Origin: a bacterium
Lineage (GTDB): Bacteria; Planctomycetota; UBA1135; GCA-002686595
Reading direction: 5' to 3'
Assembly: GCA_024226735.1 (NCBI GenBank)
Contig: JAAELL010000032.1
Location: 57,879-121,878, forward strand
Length of the DNA stretch: 64,000 nt
Made by a program: the position numbers and the translations under genes. Below, piece by piece: positions 55,197 through 64,000 of this stretch. The notes beneath the pieces were generated by a model, which saw nothing but the letters and a program-made list of their open reading frames with translations, was not told where the DNA came from and did not search any database. The stretch's first letter is position 1. The number at the start of each line of letters is the position of its first letter.

Positions 55197-56963
55197 GTGA
55201 AACCTCTCAGCCCCAAGCCCCACCTGCGCCCGCTCACGTGCGGAGTCCTCCTCCTCGCACTGGCGGCGTGCTCCGATTCCGAGCAGCCGTCGCCTGAATC
55301 ACAGGGCGCTGCAAACGCCTTGGACCCCTCGCTCGAGATCCCCGACCCCGACGACCCGGTCACGAACGTCGAGGTCGTCGAGGAGCGGTCGGAAGAGGTC
55401 GCGAACCGGCTCTTGACCTTCTCGGACAAGCTGCGCCGGCGCGACTTCACCGCGGCCGCGGAATGGTTGTCCGAGTCCTTTCACGGACACGCCTTCGCTC
55501 CGCTCGAAGTCGCCGAGGAGCGCGTCGACCACCTCGGCCTGCGCCACGTTCGGTACGACGTCGAGACGCGCACGGTCACGCCCGGCGCCGGCTTTCTCGC
55601 CAGCCTCGCGGACGCCATCGGGCCTTGGAGCGCCGTCGAGTCGGCGCTGTGGAAAGTCAAGGGCGCCGAGTTCCAGAAGGGACGCCGTGCGCGCTGGGGC
55701 AAGATCAAGCTGTACGTGCACATGACCGGGATCAGCGCCGAGGGCGATCGCACCTCGCTCGCGGGCTGGGGCTACGCGCGGGTCGAGAAGGAGTCCGGCG
55801 CCTGGATGCTGACGCGCTTCCAGCTGACTTCGCTCGACCAGTCGTCGCGTCCGGGAACCGTGTTCACCGACGTGTCGGCGGCCGCGGGCGTCGGGCACGT
55901 CGGCGGACGCTTCGGCCGCGGCGAGGGCAACGACAGCTACGCCTGGAACGGAGCGGCCTCGGCCGACGTCGACGGCGACGGATTCTGGGACGTCTTCCTG
56001 CCCAGCGACGGCCGCAACTTCCTCTACATGGGGCGCGCCGACGGGCGCTTCGACGAGCAGGCGCGCGAGCGCGGCGTCCTCGCGCCCGACGCCGGCACCG
56101 GCGCCGTGTTCTTCGACTTCGACAACGACGGTGATCAGGACCTCGCGGTCGGACAGATCGGCTGGCGCGCGGCCGACGGCAAGCTCGAGGGCCGCACGCC
56201 GCTGCTCTACGTCAACGACGGCAAGGGGAGCTTCACCGAGAACGGCGCGGCGCTCGGGCTCAGCGAGCCGTTCGTCGCCTACTCGCTGACGGTACTGGAC
56301 TACGACGCGGACGGGTTCCTGGACCTGTTCCTGTGCAGCTACGGCCGGATCGAGGCCGAGCACAACAACTCCTGGATCCAGGCCACGAACGGCTCGCCCA
56401 ACGCGCTCTTGCGCAACGAGGACGGCAAGCGCTTCGTCGACGTCGCGGAGCAAGCGGGCGTGCGCGGCACGAGCTGGAGCTACGCCGCCGCCGCGGCCGA
56501 CATCGACCGCGATGGCGACGTCGACCTCTACGTCGCCAACGACTACGGCGACAACGAGCTGTTCCTGGGCTCCCCGGAAGGTCGCTTCACCGAGGCTGCC
56601 GCGTCGCTCGGCGTCGTCGATCACGGCAACGGCATGGGCGTCGCGTGGGGTGACCTGAGCAACGACGGCCGCGTCGACCTCTACGTGTCGAACATGTCGT
56701 CCACCGCGGGCAACCGCATCCTCGGGCGCCTCGACGCGGACATCGGCGGCGAGACGTTCAAGCAGCTCAAGAAGCTCGCGGCCGGCAACTCGATCTTCCT
56801 CGCGAACGAGAAGGGCGGCTTCGAGGTCCTCCCCTCGTCCGCCGGCGGGATCAACGCGAGTTGGGCGTGGTCCGTCGCTCTCGCCGACTTCGACCTCGAC
56901 GGGCGGCTCGACGCCTTCTGCACGAATGGCTTCGTCACGGGGGACCAACCCTTCGACACGTGA
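55197..56963 (+). CDS. Lipoprotein with FG-GAP/VCBS repeats (ASPIC/UnbV, CRTAC1-like), N-terminal part. It ends at an in-frame TGA.
   Basis: Lipobox MKPLSPKPHLRPLTCGVLLLALAAC. Repeats include DVDGDGFWDVF, FDFDNDGDQDL, LDYDADGFLDL, ADIDRDGDVDL, GDLSNDGRVDL, and ADFDLDGRLD. It is in the same frame as the next ORF. Confidence 0.7.
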   Translation: MKPLSPKPHLRPLTCGVLLLALAACSDSEQPSPESQGAANALDPSLEIPDPDDPVTNVEVVEERSEEVANRLLTFSDKLRRRDFTAAAEWLSESFHGHAFAPLEVAEERVDHLGLRHVRYDVETRTVTPGAGFLASLADAIGPWSAVESALWKVKGAEFQKGRRARWGKIKLYVHMTGISAEGDRTSLAGWGYARVEKESGAWMLTRFQLTSLDQSSRPGTVFTDVSAAAGVGHVGGRFGRGEGNDSYAWNGAASADVDGDGFWDVFLPSDGRNFLYMGRADGRFDEQARERGVLAPDAGTGAVFFDFDNDGDQDLAVGQIGWRAADGKLEGRTPLLYVNDGKGSFTENGAALGLSEPFVAYSLTVLDYDADGFLDLFLCSYGRIEAEHNNSWIQATNGSPNALLRNEDGKRFVDVAEQAGVRGTSWSYAAAAADIDRDGDVDLYVANDYGDNELFLGSPEGRFTEAAASLGVVDHGNGMGVAWGDLSNDGRVDLYVSNMSSTAGNRILGRLDADIGGETFKQLKKLAAGNSIFLANEKGGFEVLPSSAGGINASWAWSVALADFDLDGRLDAFCTNGFVTGDQPFDT

Positions 56964-56981
56964 AGCACCTACTGGCGCCAC

Positions 56982-58076
56982 GTGGTGGCGTCCTCTGCGC
57001 AGAAATCGCAAACGGAGAAGTTCACGGCGCAGGAGGTCGGCGAAACCGACTACCTGCACCACCACCGCGCCCAGCTGTTCAAGGACGGCTTCTCGTTCAG
57101 CGGCAACGAGCGCGACAAGCTGTGGTTCAACCGCGGCGACGGCACGTTCTGTGACGTGTCCGACCTCTCGGGCAGCGACTCGCCCAACGACGGGCGCGCC
57201 GTGCTCGCGACCGACTTCGACGACGACGGCGACGTCGACCTGTTCGTGCACGAGCTGCAGCGCGAGCGCCACGCCCTTTATCGCAACGACCTCAACCAGA
57301 GGTACGGCGGCTTTCTCAAGCTGCGCTTGAAAGCGACCAAGAGCCAGTGGGAGGCGATCGGCGCCACCGTGGTCGTGCACACGCCCGCCGGCCCCGTCGC
57401 GCAGGTCACCTCGCGCGGCGCCGGCTTCTCCTCGTGCCAGGCCCCGGAGCTCGTGTTCGGCCTCGCCGACGCCGAGGACGCCAAGGTCGAGGTCCACTGG
57501 CCGAGCGGCGCGTCGGAGACCTTCGGCCCGCTCGCCCGCGGCGGTCGCTTCCTCCTGGAGGAGGCCAGCGGCGAGGCCCAGCCGATCGCGGGCAAGCCGC
57601 GCAGGCTCCCGGACCCGCTCCCGAAGGGCCTGCGCCTCGGCATCGGCGAGAAAGTGCCCCCTTTCCTCGCCTTCGACGCCGGCTCGGAAGCGCGCCGCGT
57701 CGACCTGGCCGAGCTGTCGGGCGGCAAGCCGGTGTACCTGAATTTCTGGGCCAAGTACTGCGGCCCGTGCGTCCAGGAGCTGCCTTATCTGGAGCAGCTC
57801 GACGAAGCGGGCGAGGTGCGCGTCGTCGCGGTCTGCATGGATGCCCCCAACGACCTCGAGCTCGCGGCCGAGGTGTTCCGGGGCCGCGGGGCGGACTTCC
57901 CCAACTACTACCTCGGAGCGGAGGCGTCGGACACGGTCCAGGGCGTCGCATTACAAACGATCGTGGATTTGGAGCGGCTGCCGATCCCGACGACGCTCGT
58001 GCTCGACGGGGAGGGCAAGATCGTCCAGATCGTGCGTGGGCCGGTGGAGAAGGCCCTTCAGAAGGACGGCGAGTAG
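56982..58076 (+). CDS. Continuation: UnbV/ASPIC C-terminal domain + thioredoxin-like (TlpA-like, WAKYCGPC) domain
   Basis: It continues FG-GAP (TDFDDDGDVDLFV), then the UnbV-like HWPSGASETF, then a CxxC motif WAKYCGPC with a thioredoxin fold. It is in frame with 55197-56963 across a single TGA at 56961-56963. Confidence 0.65.
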   Translation: MVASSAQKSQTEKFTAQEVGETDYLHHHRAQLFKDGFSFSGNERDKLWFNRGDGTFCDVSDLSGSDSPNDGRAVLATDFDDDGDVDLFVHELQRERHALYRNDLNQRYGGFLKLRLKATKSQWEAIGATVVVHTPAGPVAQVTSRGAGFSSCQAPELVFGLADAEDAKVEVHWPSGASETFGPLARGGRFLLEEASGEAQPIAGKPRRLPDPLPKGLRLGIGEKVPPFLAFDAGSEARRVDLAELSGGKPVYLNFWAKYCGPCVQELPYLEQLDEAGEVRVVAVCMDAPNDLELAAEVFRGRGADFPNYYLGAEASDTVQGVALQTIVDLERLPIPTTLVLDGEGKIVQIVRGPVEKALQKDGE

Positions 58077-58235
58077 CGGGGGGCGCGGAATCCGCGACCC
58101 GAAGGAACCCCCATCCGCGCCTCTCCGTCCAACCGGCGGGCCCGTAGTCGTGTGTCGCAGCGCTACGGAGTAGGCTACCGCGCGCTCTCCCGTCCCGACG
58201 GCAGCGGGTCGACTCTCCACCTCCATCCACCAGGC

Positions 58236-59618
58236 ACGATGAAGCTCGGAATCTTCCTGATCACCGCAGCGTCCCTCCTTCAGATCCCCTCGTCCGCCAC
58301 GCGGGTCCGCACCGCCGCGCGCATCGCTTGGCAGCCCTCCTACGAGGCCGCCGAGAAGCTCGCGCTGGCCGACGACAAGGTCATCTTCGTTGCCGTCAAC
58401 ATGGACGGCGAACGGGCGAACGACCGGATCGCGAACGAGACGTACAAGAACAAGCGCATCGTCAAGCTCTCGAGTTCGACGGTCAACCTCGTCGGTTCGA
58501 TCTTCGACCACAAGAGCGGGTCGAACCCGTGCCCACGCCTCGGCGGCGTGACGTGCGAGCAGCACCGCGAGGTCGAGGCGACTCTGCGCAAGACGCACCT
58601 AGCGGGCGGAGGCGAGATCATCTCGCCCCAGCATTTCTTCCTGAAGCCCGACGGAACCGTGATTCTGTCCGTGCCGTACGCGCTCACCGACGCCGAGCTC
58701 GAGTGGTGCTTCGCGACCGCGATCCGCACGCTCGAGCCCGAGTTCGAGTGGGAGCTCCACGAGGAGGCGCGCCCGCCCAAGCGGCTCGTCATGGCCGGCT
58801 TCACGCCCGAGGAGAACGCTGGACCGGCCCCGCCCACGCGCGCGGAGACGCTCGAGCTCGTCGACCGGCTCAAGCGCAACGTCGTCGACAAGCGTGGTCC
58901 CGCCGTGAACCGCGTGATGACGGCGGACGAGGAGGAGGCGATCGACTTCATGAAGGCGCTGATGCGCAAGGGCGCGGGCGCGGGGCCGGGCAAGGACATC
59001 CGGCCGACTCTGATCCACAACATGGGCGTCTACTCGCCGCCCAGCTATTGGGTCGTGATGGCCGACTACGCGACGAGCGACGACGACCGGCTACGGCGGG
59101 AGTCGATCGCGGCCCTGGAGCAGCTCGGTTCCCCCGACTCGGTCAAGGGCCTACGCAGCGCCCTCGCCAAGGCCAAGGATCCAGCGATCGAAGCCGACCT
59201 CATTCGCGCACTCGCGAGCGCCGGCGCCACGGACAAGCGCACGCACAAGGCGGTCGTCAAGCTGGCGACCAAGGACAAGGACGTCACCGTGCGCGTCGGC
59301 GCAGTCCTTGGCCTCGGACACCTCACCCAAAGCGACGACGTGCGCGAGCTGCTCACGGGCCTCTTGAAGGACGGCGAAGAAACGGTACGCATCGCCGCCG
59401 TCTGCGCCATCGGCATGACGCGCGACGCGAGCTGGAAGGACGTGCTCGTCGACTACTCCGTCGACGCCAAGGAGCCCGCCCTACAGAAGGCCGTCCGCGG
59501 CGCTCTCGAGGCGTTCGACGCGGGGCATCTGCGGCCTCTGGCTGATCCTGTGATGCGTGTTGCCGGCGACCGCGTTCGTCGTGAGCGATTCTTTGGAAAG
59601 GGCAAGGTCCCGAAGTAG
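58236..59618 (+). CDS. Secreted thioredoxin-like-fold + HEAT/PBS-lyase-like repeat protein
   Basis: Signal peptide MKLGIFLITAASLLQIPSSA (internal ATG). The N-terminal DUF255/thioredoxin-like region reads KVIFVAVNMDGE. C-terminal repeats include ESIAALEQLGSPDSVKGLRSAL and VRVGAVLGLGHL. Confidence 0.55.
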   Translation, partial: TMKLGIFLITAASLLQIPSSATRVRTAARIAWQPSYEAAEKLALADDKVIFVAVNMDGERANDRIANETYKNKRIVKLSSSTVNLVGSIFDHKSGSNPCPRLGGVTCEQHREVEATLRKTHLAGGGEIISPQHFFLKPDGTVILSVPYALTDAELEWCFATAIRTLEPEFEWELHEEARPPKRLVMAGFTPEENAGPAPPTRAETLELVDRLKRNVVDKRGPAVNRVMTADEEEAIDFMKALMRKGAGAGPGKDIRPTLIHNMGVYSPPSYWVVMADYATSDDDRLRRESIAALEQLGSPDSVKGLRSALAKAKDPAIEADLIRALASAGATDKRTHKAVVKLATKDKDVTVRVGAVLGLGHLTQSDDVRELLTGLLKDGEETVRIAAVCAIGMTRDASWKDVLVDYSVDAKEPALQKAVRGALEAFDAGHLRPLADPVMRVAGDRVRRERFFGKGKVPK

Positions 59619-59638
59619 TCGCCCTCTTCAATGCCGAG

Positions 59639-59810
59639 CGGCCTCGGCCTCCGGATCGAGCAAGCAACGGGGCCATCCCGCTGTTGCCGTCACCGTCAGC
59701 GACAAGACGGCAGTCTTACCCTCTGGGGGCAAGGTGTGACGAGCCGACGCTGACGGTGACGGTGAGAGCGGGATGGGCCCGTTCCTTGCTCGATCCGGAG
59801 ACCGAGGCCG
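59639..59810. repeat. Long imperfect inverted repeat: two ~62-bp arms (~90% complementary) around a 46-nt spacer, in the spacer between the Trx-HEAT gene and the LytS kinase gene
   Basis: The left arm CGGCCTCGGCCTCCGGATCGAGCAAGCAACGGGGCCATCCCGCTGTTGCCGTCACCGTCAGCG was compared with the reverse complement of the right arm (59748-59810). No similarity to the other repeat families in this window was seen. Confidence 0.6.
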
Positions 59811-59927
59811 CTCGGCGTTGACGATACGCCGCCCCTCGTATTCGTCGATCGCGCCATTCACAACGCCCCCCCCACCCTTCGCTTCCACCCCTCACCCCGC
59901 CCCCCCTCCGCGGGCTACACTGCAAAA

Positions 59928-61280
59928 ATGGACGCCCCGCGCAAGGATCCGCACTCATGGCGGAGCATCGAGGGCTGGCTGCGTTCACCGCTGCGGCTCA
60001 CCCTGCTGCTCGTGGCTCTGGTCGCTCTGATCGCCAGCACGCGCGCATACCAGGTCCAAGAGCTCCGCGAAGCGATGGGGTTCGAGGATCTCGCTCGGCG
60101 CGTCTTCGCTTTCCACGCGGCCCTGTGGAGCACCTGGGCCGCCGCGAGCATCGCGTTCGTCGCGCTCGCGACGTGGCTGCTGCGGCGCACGAACGCCTGG
60201 GCCTTCCTCCTCGTCCAGCTCCCGCTTTCGGTCGGCGTCGCGTGGTGCGCCGTGCAATACCAGCCGATCCTGTACGACAAGGTCTACGACGGCGCCCGAT
60301 CGCGCTCAGGGCGGTACGACGTCGGACCCCGGTCCATCGCCGACGACTTCGACGACCGGCGCGGTGGCCGGCGCCGCGGTACCGACGAGCGCCCACCCGC
60401 GGGCGAACCCGACCGTCGCGGCCGCGGCGGGCGACCGGGGCGCAGCGGCCGGCCACGGCCGGACCCAGAGCGTTTCGAGCTGTTGCGCCTGCCGCGCGAG
60501 ATGGCCCTGTACTGGGTCATCCTCGGGATCGGCGCCGGGCTGCAGTCGTTCCTGCGTACGCGCTCCCAGGAACGGGCGGCGACCGAGCTCGAGCTGCGCA
60601 CCGCGCGACTGCGCGGCGAGCTCGCGGCGGCCCAGGTCGACAGCTTGCGCGCCCAGCTGCACCCGCACTTCCTGTTCAACGCTCTGCACACGGTCGGCGG
60701 ACTCGTGCGCGCGGGCGAGGAGCGCCAGGCCCTCGAGACGATCTCCGGTCTGGGACACCTGCTGCGCACGACGCTCGACAAGGGCGAGGCGCAAGAGGTC
60801 ACGGTGACCGAGGAGCTGGAGGTCACCGAGAGCTACCTCGCGATCGAGCGCATCCGCTTCGGCGACCGCTTGGCGGTGACGATCGAACGCGACCCCGCCG
60901 CTAGCGCCGCGCTCCTACCAGCGATGCTACTCCTGCCCTTGGTCGAGAATGCGGTGCGCTACGGCGTCGAGCCGCGCGCGGAGGGCGGGAGCGTCCTGGT
61001 GCGCGTCGTGCGCGTCGGCGAGCGCCTCGTCATCGACGTCTCCGACGACGGCCCCGGCTTTCCAGACGAGGTCCTGTACGCGATCCGCGACGGCGCTCTC
61101 AACGGCGACCCCGACGAGCGCAAGCACATCGGTCTCGCCAACACACGCGACCGCATGCGTGCCCTGTACGGGGACGCCCAGGTCTTCGAGATCGATTCGG
61201 GCGACGACGGCGCACGCGTCCACATCGAACTCCCGTTCTCGACGGGCCGGCGGACGGAGATCCGAAACGATGCCGAGTGA
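59928..61280 (+). CDS. LytS/YehU-type sensor histidine kinase (His_kinase PF06580 + HATPase_c) with an RG-rich insertion
   Basis: Signature LRAQLHPHFLFNALHTV and an ATPase region (PAMLLLPLVENAVRYG ... DDGPGFPDE). N-terminal TM helices are present. A disordered RGGRRRG segment lies between the membrane and kinase parts. Confidence 0.8.
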   Translation: MDAPRKDPHSWRSIEGWLRSPLRLTLLLVALVALIASTRAYQVQELREAMGFEDLARRVFAFHAALWSTWAAASIAFVALATWLLRRTNAWAFLLVQLPLSVGVAWCAVQYQPILYDKVYDGARSRSGRYDVGPRSIADDFDDRRGGRRRGTDERPPAGEPDRRGRGGRPGRSGRPRPDPERFELLRLPREMALYWVILGIGAGLQSFLRTRSQERAATELELRTARLRGELAAAQVDSLRAQLHPHFLFNALHTVGGLVRAGEERQALETISGLGHLLRTTLDKGEAQEVTVTEELEVTESYLAIERIRFGDRLAVTIERDPAASAALLPAMLLLPLVENAVRYGVEPRAEGGSVLVRVVRVGERLVIDVSDDGPGFPDEVLYAIRDGALNGDPDERKHIGLANTRDRMRALYGDAQVFEIDSGDDGARVHIELPFSTGRRTEIRNDAE

Positions 61281-62046
61281 ACGTAAGAACCTGCGCGCCG
61301 TGCTGGCCGACGACGAGCCGCTGGCGCGTCGCGTCCTGGCCAAGCTGATCGGCGAGGATCCCGAGATCGAGCTGCTCGCGCAGTGCGCGAACGGCGACGA
61401 GGCGGTCGCGGCCGTGCGCGAGCACAGGCCCGACCTGCTCCTGCTCGACGTCCAGATGCCGGGCAAGACCGGCTTCGACGTGCTCGGGGAGCTCGAACCG
61501 ACCGAGCGTCCGGTCGTCGTGTTCGTCACCGCCTTCGACCAGTATGCGCTGGACGCGTTCGACGTCCACGCGGTCGACTACGTGTTGAAGCCGTTCGACG
61601 ACGCCCGCTTCGCGCAGGCTCTGGAACGCGCCAAGCAGCGCGCGCGCGTCGACCGCGTGCTCGCCGCCCACGAGCTCGATGAACTCCTGACGGCGCTCGC
61701 ACCGCGCGACCCGTCCGCCAGTCCGCTCGAGCGCATCACGATTCGTCGCGAGGGACGCGTCGAGATCATCGACACCAACGACGTCGTCTGGATCGAAGCC
61801 GCCGACCAGTACGTGATGATCCACACCGCCGAAAGCCAGCAGCTGATGCGCGAGTCGATGTCGCACCTCGAGCGACGGCTCGATCCGGAGCGCTTCCTGC
61901 GTATCCACCGCTCCGCGATCGTCTCGCTCAACCACCTCAAGGCGCTGGACCGGGCCAGCGGCTCGTCACGCGTCCTGCTGACGAACGGCGCCTGGATTCC
62001 AGTCAGCCGGGCTCGCCTGAGCGAGTTGAAGCGCCGGCTCGGGTAG
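61270..62046 (+). CDS. LytTR-family response regulator (AlgR/LytR-like)
   Basis: The receiver domain (LADDEPLARRVL...LLLLDVQMPGKTGFDV) is followed by a C-terminal LytTR DNA-binding domain (RITIRREGRVEIID...IHRSAIV). The start overlaps the HK end by 11 nt. Confidence 0.85.
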   Translation: MPSERKNLRAVLADDEPLARRVLAKLIGEDPEIELLAQCANGDEAVAAVREHRPDLLLLDVQMPGKTGFDVLGELEPTERPVVVFVTAFDQYALDAFDVHAVDYVLKPFDDARFAQALERAKQRARVDRVLAAHELDELLTALAPRDPSASPLERITIRREGRVEIIDTNDVVWIEAADQYVMIHTAESQQLMRESMSHLERRLDPERFLRIHRSAIVSLNHLKALDRASGSSRVLLTNGAWIPVSRARLSELKRRLG

Positions 62047-62161
62047 TCCTTCGCGCCGTTCCCAACCCCGCCGCCTCCACTGACTCCAGACCACGCTCTC
62101 TACGCCTGGAAAGGGGTTACAGTGCCGACTCATCGAGGGCGCAATGCCCCAGGAGGACCCG

Positions 62162-63202
62162 ATGAAACGCCACTTGCTACCCGCCGCTCTGCTGCTCGCC
62201 CTTCCGGCGCACGACCTGTCGACGGACTACACCAAGACCCGCACGCTCCGCGTCGAGTCGACGATGGAAGTCGAGATGGAAGTGACCGATTTCTCGATGA
62301 CCCTCAACGGCGAGCCCCGCGAGGGTCGCGGCGGAGGCATGACGACGAAGACGACGAACCAGTCGGTCCACCTCGACACGTTCCTCGCGCACGCGGACGG
62401 TGCTCCGACCCACGTCAAGCGCTCGTTCGAATCGCTCGCCGGCGCGACCGAGATGAGCTTCGGCGAAGACGGTCGCACGATCGAGATGGACAGCCCCCTC
62501 GACGGCTCGACCCTCGAGCTCAAGGTCGACGACGACGGCGACCTCAAGATCAGCGCGATCGAAGGCAGTCCCGACGACGAGCTGCTCGAGGGCCACGAGC
62601 CGACGCTCGACCTCGACGGGCTCCTGCCCGAGGGCGAAGTCGAAGTCGGCGCGCAGTGGGAAGTCGAAGGTGACGCGATCGCGCGCGCCCTCGGACTGAA
62701 GCTCGAGCGTGTCCTGTTCCGCCCCGCCCCGCGCGAAGACGACGGCGAAGGCCAGCGCGGACGCGGTCGTGGCAGGGGCATGCGCGGGTTCGCGCCTGCC
62801 ATCGGGCGCCTGCTCGGCGCGGCCGAGTGGGAGAGTGAGCTCAAGGTCACGGCCGACGACGAGGACGTCGACGGCGTCACGTGCGCGGTGATCGAGGTCG
62901 AGCTCGAGGCTTCCGGCGAGCTTCCGGAGCGCGAACGCCAGGGCGGGCGGCGCCGGGACGACGATCGCTTCCGCCTCGCGGCCGACGCCGTCGAGGGCCT
63001 CGTCGAAGGCACCTTCGAGGTGACGCTCGAGGGCAAGCTGCTGGTGGCCGTCGAGGGTCGCTACCCGGTCTCGCTGGAACTCGAGGGCACGATGACGACC
63101 GAGGAACACAGCGAGAGCTCTCGCGGCGACCGGACGGTGGTGCGCGACATCTCGCGCGAGTACACGATCCAGCGCAACATTCAGATCCAGGAAGAAGAGT
63201 AG
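62162..63202 (+). CDS. Secreted acidic protein, unknown function
   Basis: Signal peptide MKRHLLPAALLLALPAHDLS. The protein is Asp/Glu-rich. No domain was recognised. The ORF-track ATG at 62144 is 6 codons upstream. Confidence 0.55.
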   Translation: MKRHLLPAALLLALPAHDLSTDYTKTRTLRVESTMEVEMEVTDFSMTLNGEPREGRGGGMTTKTTNQSVHLDTFLAHADGAPTHVKRSFESLAGATEMSFGEDGRTIEMDSPLDGSTLELKVDDDGDLKISAIEGSPDDELLEGHEPTLDLDGLLPEGEVEVGAQWEVEGDAIARALGLKLERVLFRPAPREDDGEGQRGRGRGRGMRGFAPAIGRLLGAAEWESELKVTADDEDVDGVTCAVIEVELEASGELPERERQGGRRRDDDRFRLAADAVEGLVEGTFEVTLEGKLLVAVEGRYPVSLELEGTMTTEEHSESSRGDRTVVRDISREYTIQRNIQIQEEE

Positions 63203-63204
63203 CC

Positions 63205-63930
63205 ATGCAGACATCCGTTATCGTTGCCCTCGTCGCCGGCCTCGCCGGCGGGGCCGTCGGCGCCGGAGTCTCCGGCCTCGTTTTCACTCCCTCGTCCGGC
63301 ACGACCACGGACACGGCGTCCGCCGTCGCACCGGAAGTGCCCGTCGGCGACATCGTCGATCAGCTCGCCGCGCTGCGCGAGTCGAACGCTGCGCTGCAGC
63401 GGCGGCTCGACATGCTGGAGATGACGCCGCGCACGAACGCCGACGCGCGCTCGGCGATCGAAGCCCCCGAGGCGGTCGAAGTCGAGCAGGAGCTCAAGCA
63501 GCTCGTCGCGACGCTCAAGGACCCCAGCAAGCCGATCCCCGGCTTCGAGAACCACGTCCGTCAGGCGATGGAGTCGATCGAGGAACAGGAGCGGCAGGAG
63601 CGCGAGGCCAAGCGCGCCGAGGAGCGCGAGAAGCGCCTCGAGGACCGTCTCGCAGGCCTGACGTCCGAGCTGGGGCTGGACAAGTTCCAGGTCGGTGAGA
63701 TGCGCCGGGTCCTGGGCGAGGAGGGCGCGCGACGCGACACCTTCTTGACGAAGATGCGCGAGGATGGCCAGCGCCCGAATCGAGAGGCGTGGGGCGAGCT
63801 GCGCGAGCAGACCCAGACGGAACTTGGGAAGGTTCTGACCCCTACGCAGCTCGAGACCTACAATGAGTCGAACAGCGACCGCTGGGGCCGCGGCGGTCGT
63901 GGCGGCGGTGGCCGCCGCGGTGGCGACTGA
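63205..63930 (+). CDS. Membrane-anchored coiled-coil protein with RGG-rich C-terminus, unknown function
   Basis: N-terminal TM MQTSVIVALVAGLAGGAVGAGVSGLVF and a charged coiled coil (EEQERQEREAKRAEEREKRLEDRL). The tail is GRGGRGGGGRRGGD. Confidence 0.5.
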   Translation: MQTSVIVALVAGLAGGAVGAGVSGLVFTPSSGTTTDTASAVAPEVPVGDIVDQLAALRESNAALQRRLDMLEMTPRTNADARSAIEAPEAVEVEQELKQLVATLKDPSKPIPGFENHVRQAMESIEEQERQEREAKRAEEREKRLEDRLAGLTSELGLDKFQVGEMRRVLGEEGARRDTFLTKMREDGQRPNREAWGELREQTQTELGKVLTPTQLETYNESNSDRWGRGGRGGGGRRGGD

Positions 63931-63943
63931 AACGAGAACAAGC

Positions 63944-64000
63944 TAGTGGTGTGATTCACTCTTATGGGGCCTATCGATCGGCCCGTACGGGCCGATCGAT
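63944..64000. repeat. Fourth copy of the MITE-arm family (GCTAGTGGTGTGATTCACTCTTATGGGGCC...) followed by a perfect 28-bp palindrome ATCGATCGGCCCGTACGGGCCGATCGAT; truncated by window end
   Basis: It shares CTAGTGGTGTGA.TCACTC.T.TG....TCGGCCCGTAC with the 35863 arm. Confidence 0.5.

Noticed and set aside
56961-56963. Selenocysteine recoding of the in-frame TGA
   Set aside because: The downstream hairpin is only 6 bp with a 3-nt loop, far smaller than bacterial SECIS elements. The site is not in the CxxC redox motif. The idea is kept only as a low-probability alternative within the finding.
1-64000. CRISPR arrays
   Set aside because: The several repeat families found (12-bp, 15-bp, MITE arms, 90-bp elements) are either tandem without spacers or dispersed. 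None shows the regular 28-37-bp repeat and unique-spacer periodicity.

Overview
This is a 64-kb window from a bacterial chromosome with about 70% GC, and the strand switches several times. Protein content suggests a Myxococcota-like or similar high-GC organism, with a Ser/Thr kinase, ECF sigma factors, many secreted beta-sandwich (carboxypeptidase-regulatory-like), FG-GAP/ASPIC and HAF-like repeat proteins; this is inference only. I call about 50 genes. Housekeeping or conserved genes include oleB-oleC-oleD (olefin/beta-lactone pathway), a DEAD-box helicase, an SNF2 helicase, pepN, an AlkA-like glycosylase, a type III glutamine synthetase, ppx, gltX, add, NfeD-flotillin and a LytS/LytTR two-component pair. 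Accessory content is dominated by secreted or lipoprotein genes. These include a metzincin, a LanC-like protein next to an APH/P-loop bifunctional kinase, FG-GAP/UnbV proteins and a triple YHS-like Cys-repeat protein. There is also a GCS2-CBS ligase with an AstE/AspA deacylase. Structure outside coding sequence stands out. A roughly 170-bp MITE-like palindromic element sits at 35863-36033 (extra copies at 37918 and at the window end, 63944). Two related roughly 90-bp elements lie upstream of two secreted-protein genes. A 170-bp long inverted repeat lies at 59639-59810. A plus-strand intrinsic terminator closes a candidate small RNA near 19.9 kb. A 12-bp tandem repeat generates five in-frame stops at the gltX 3' end. 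Signs of decay or recoding are several: an FG-GAP/UnbV-thioredoxin gene is interrupted by one in-frame TGA; a DUF4863-like gene is split with a GTGA overlap; an FAD-oxidoreductase remnant, a WD40 remnant and a HAF-like repeat fragment are present; and a secreted-protein gene has a signal-peptide-encoding 5' extension with no canonical start. Many gene pairs are translationally coupled through 4-nt overlaps (GTGA/ATGA/TTGA). The most system-like novelty is a minus-strand module of a Ser/Thr kinase fused to a cysteine-less FGE-like domain, an ECF sigma factor and a small membrane protein, all coupled by overlapping stop/start codons. No rRNA, tRNA, CRISPR array or transposase gene was recognised. 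Printed coordinates disagreed with the ORF track by 1-2 nt in at least two places, so boundaries are accurate to about 2 nt.
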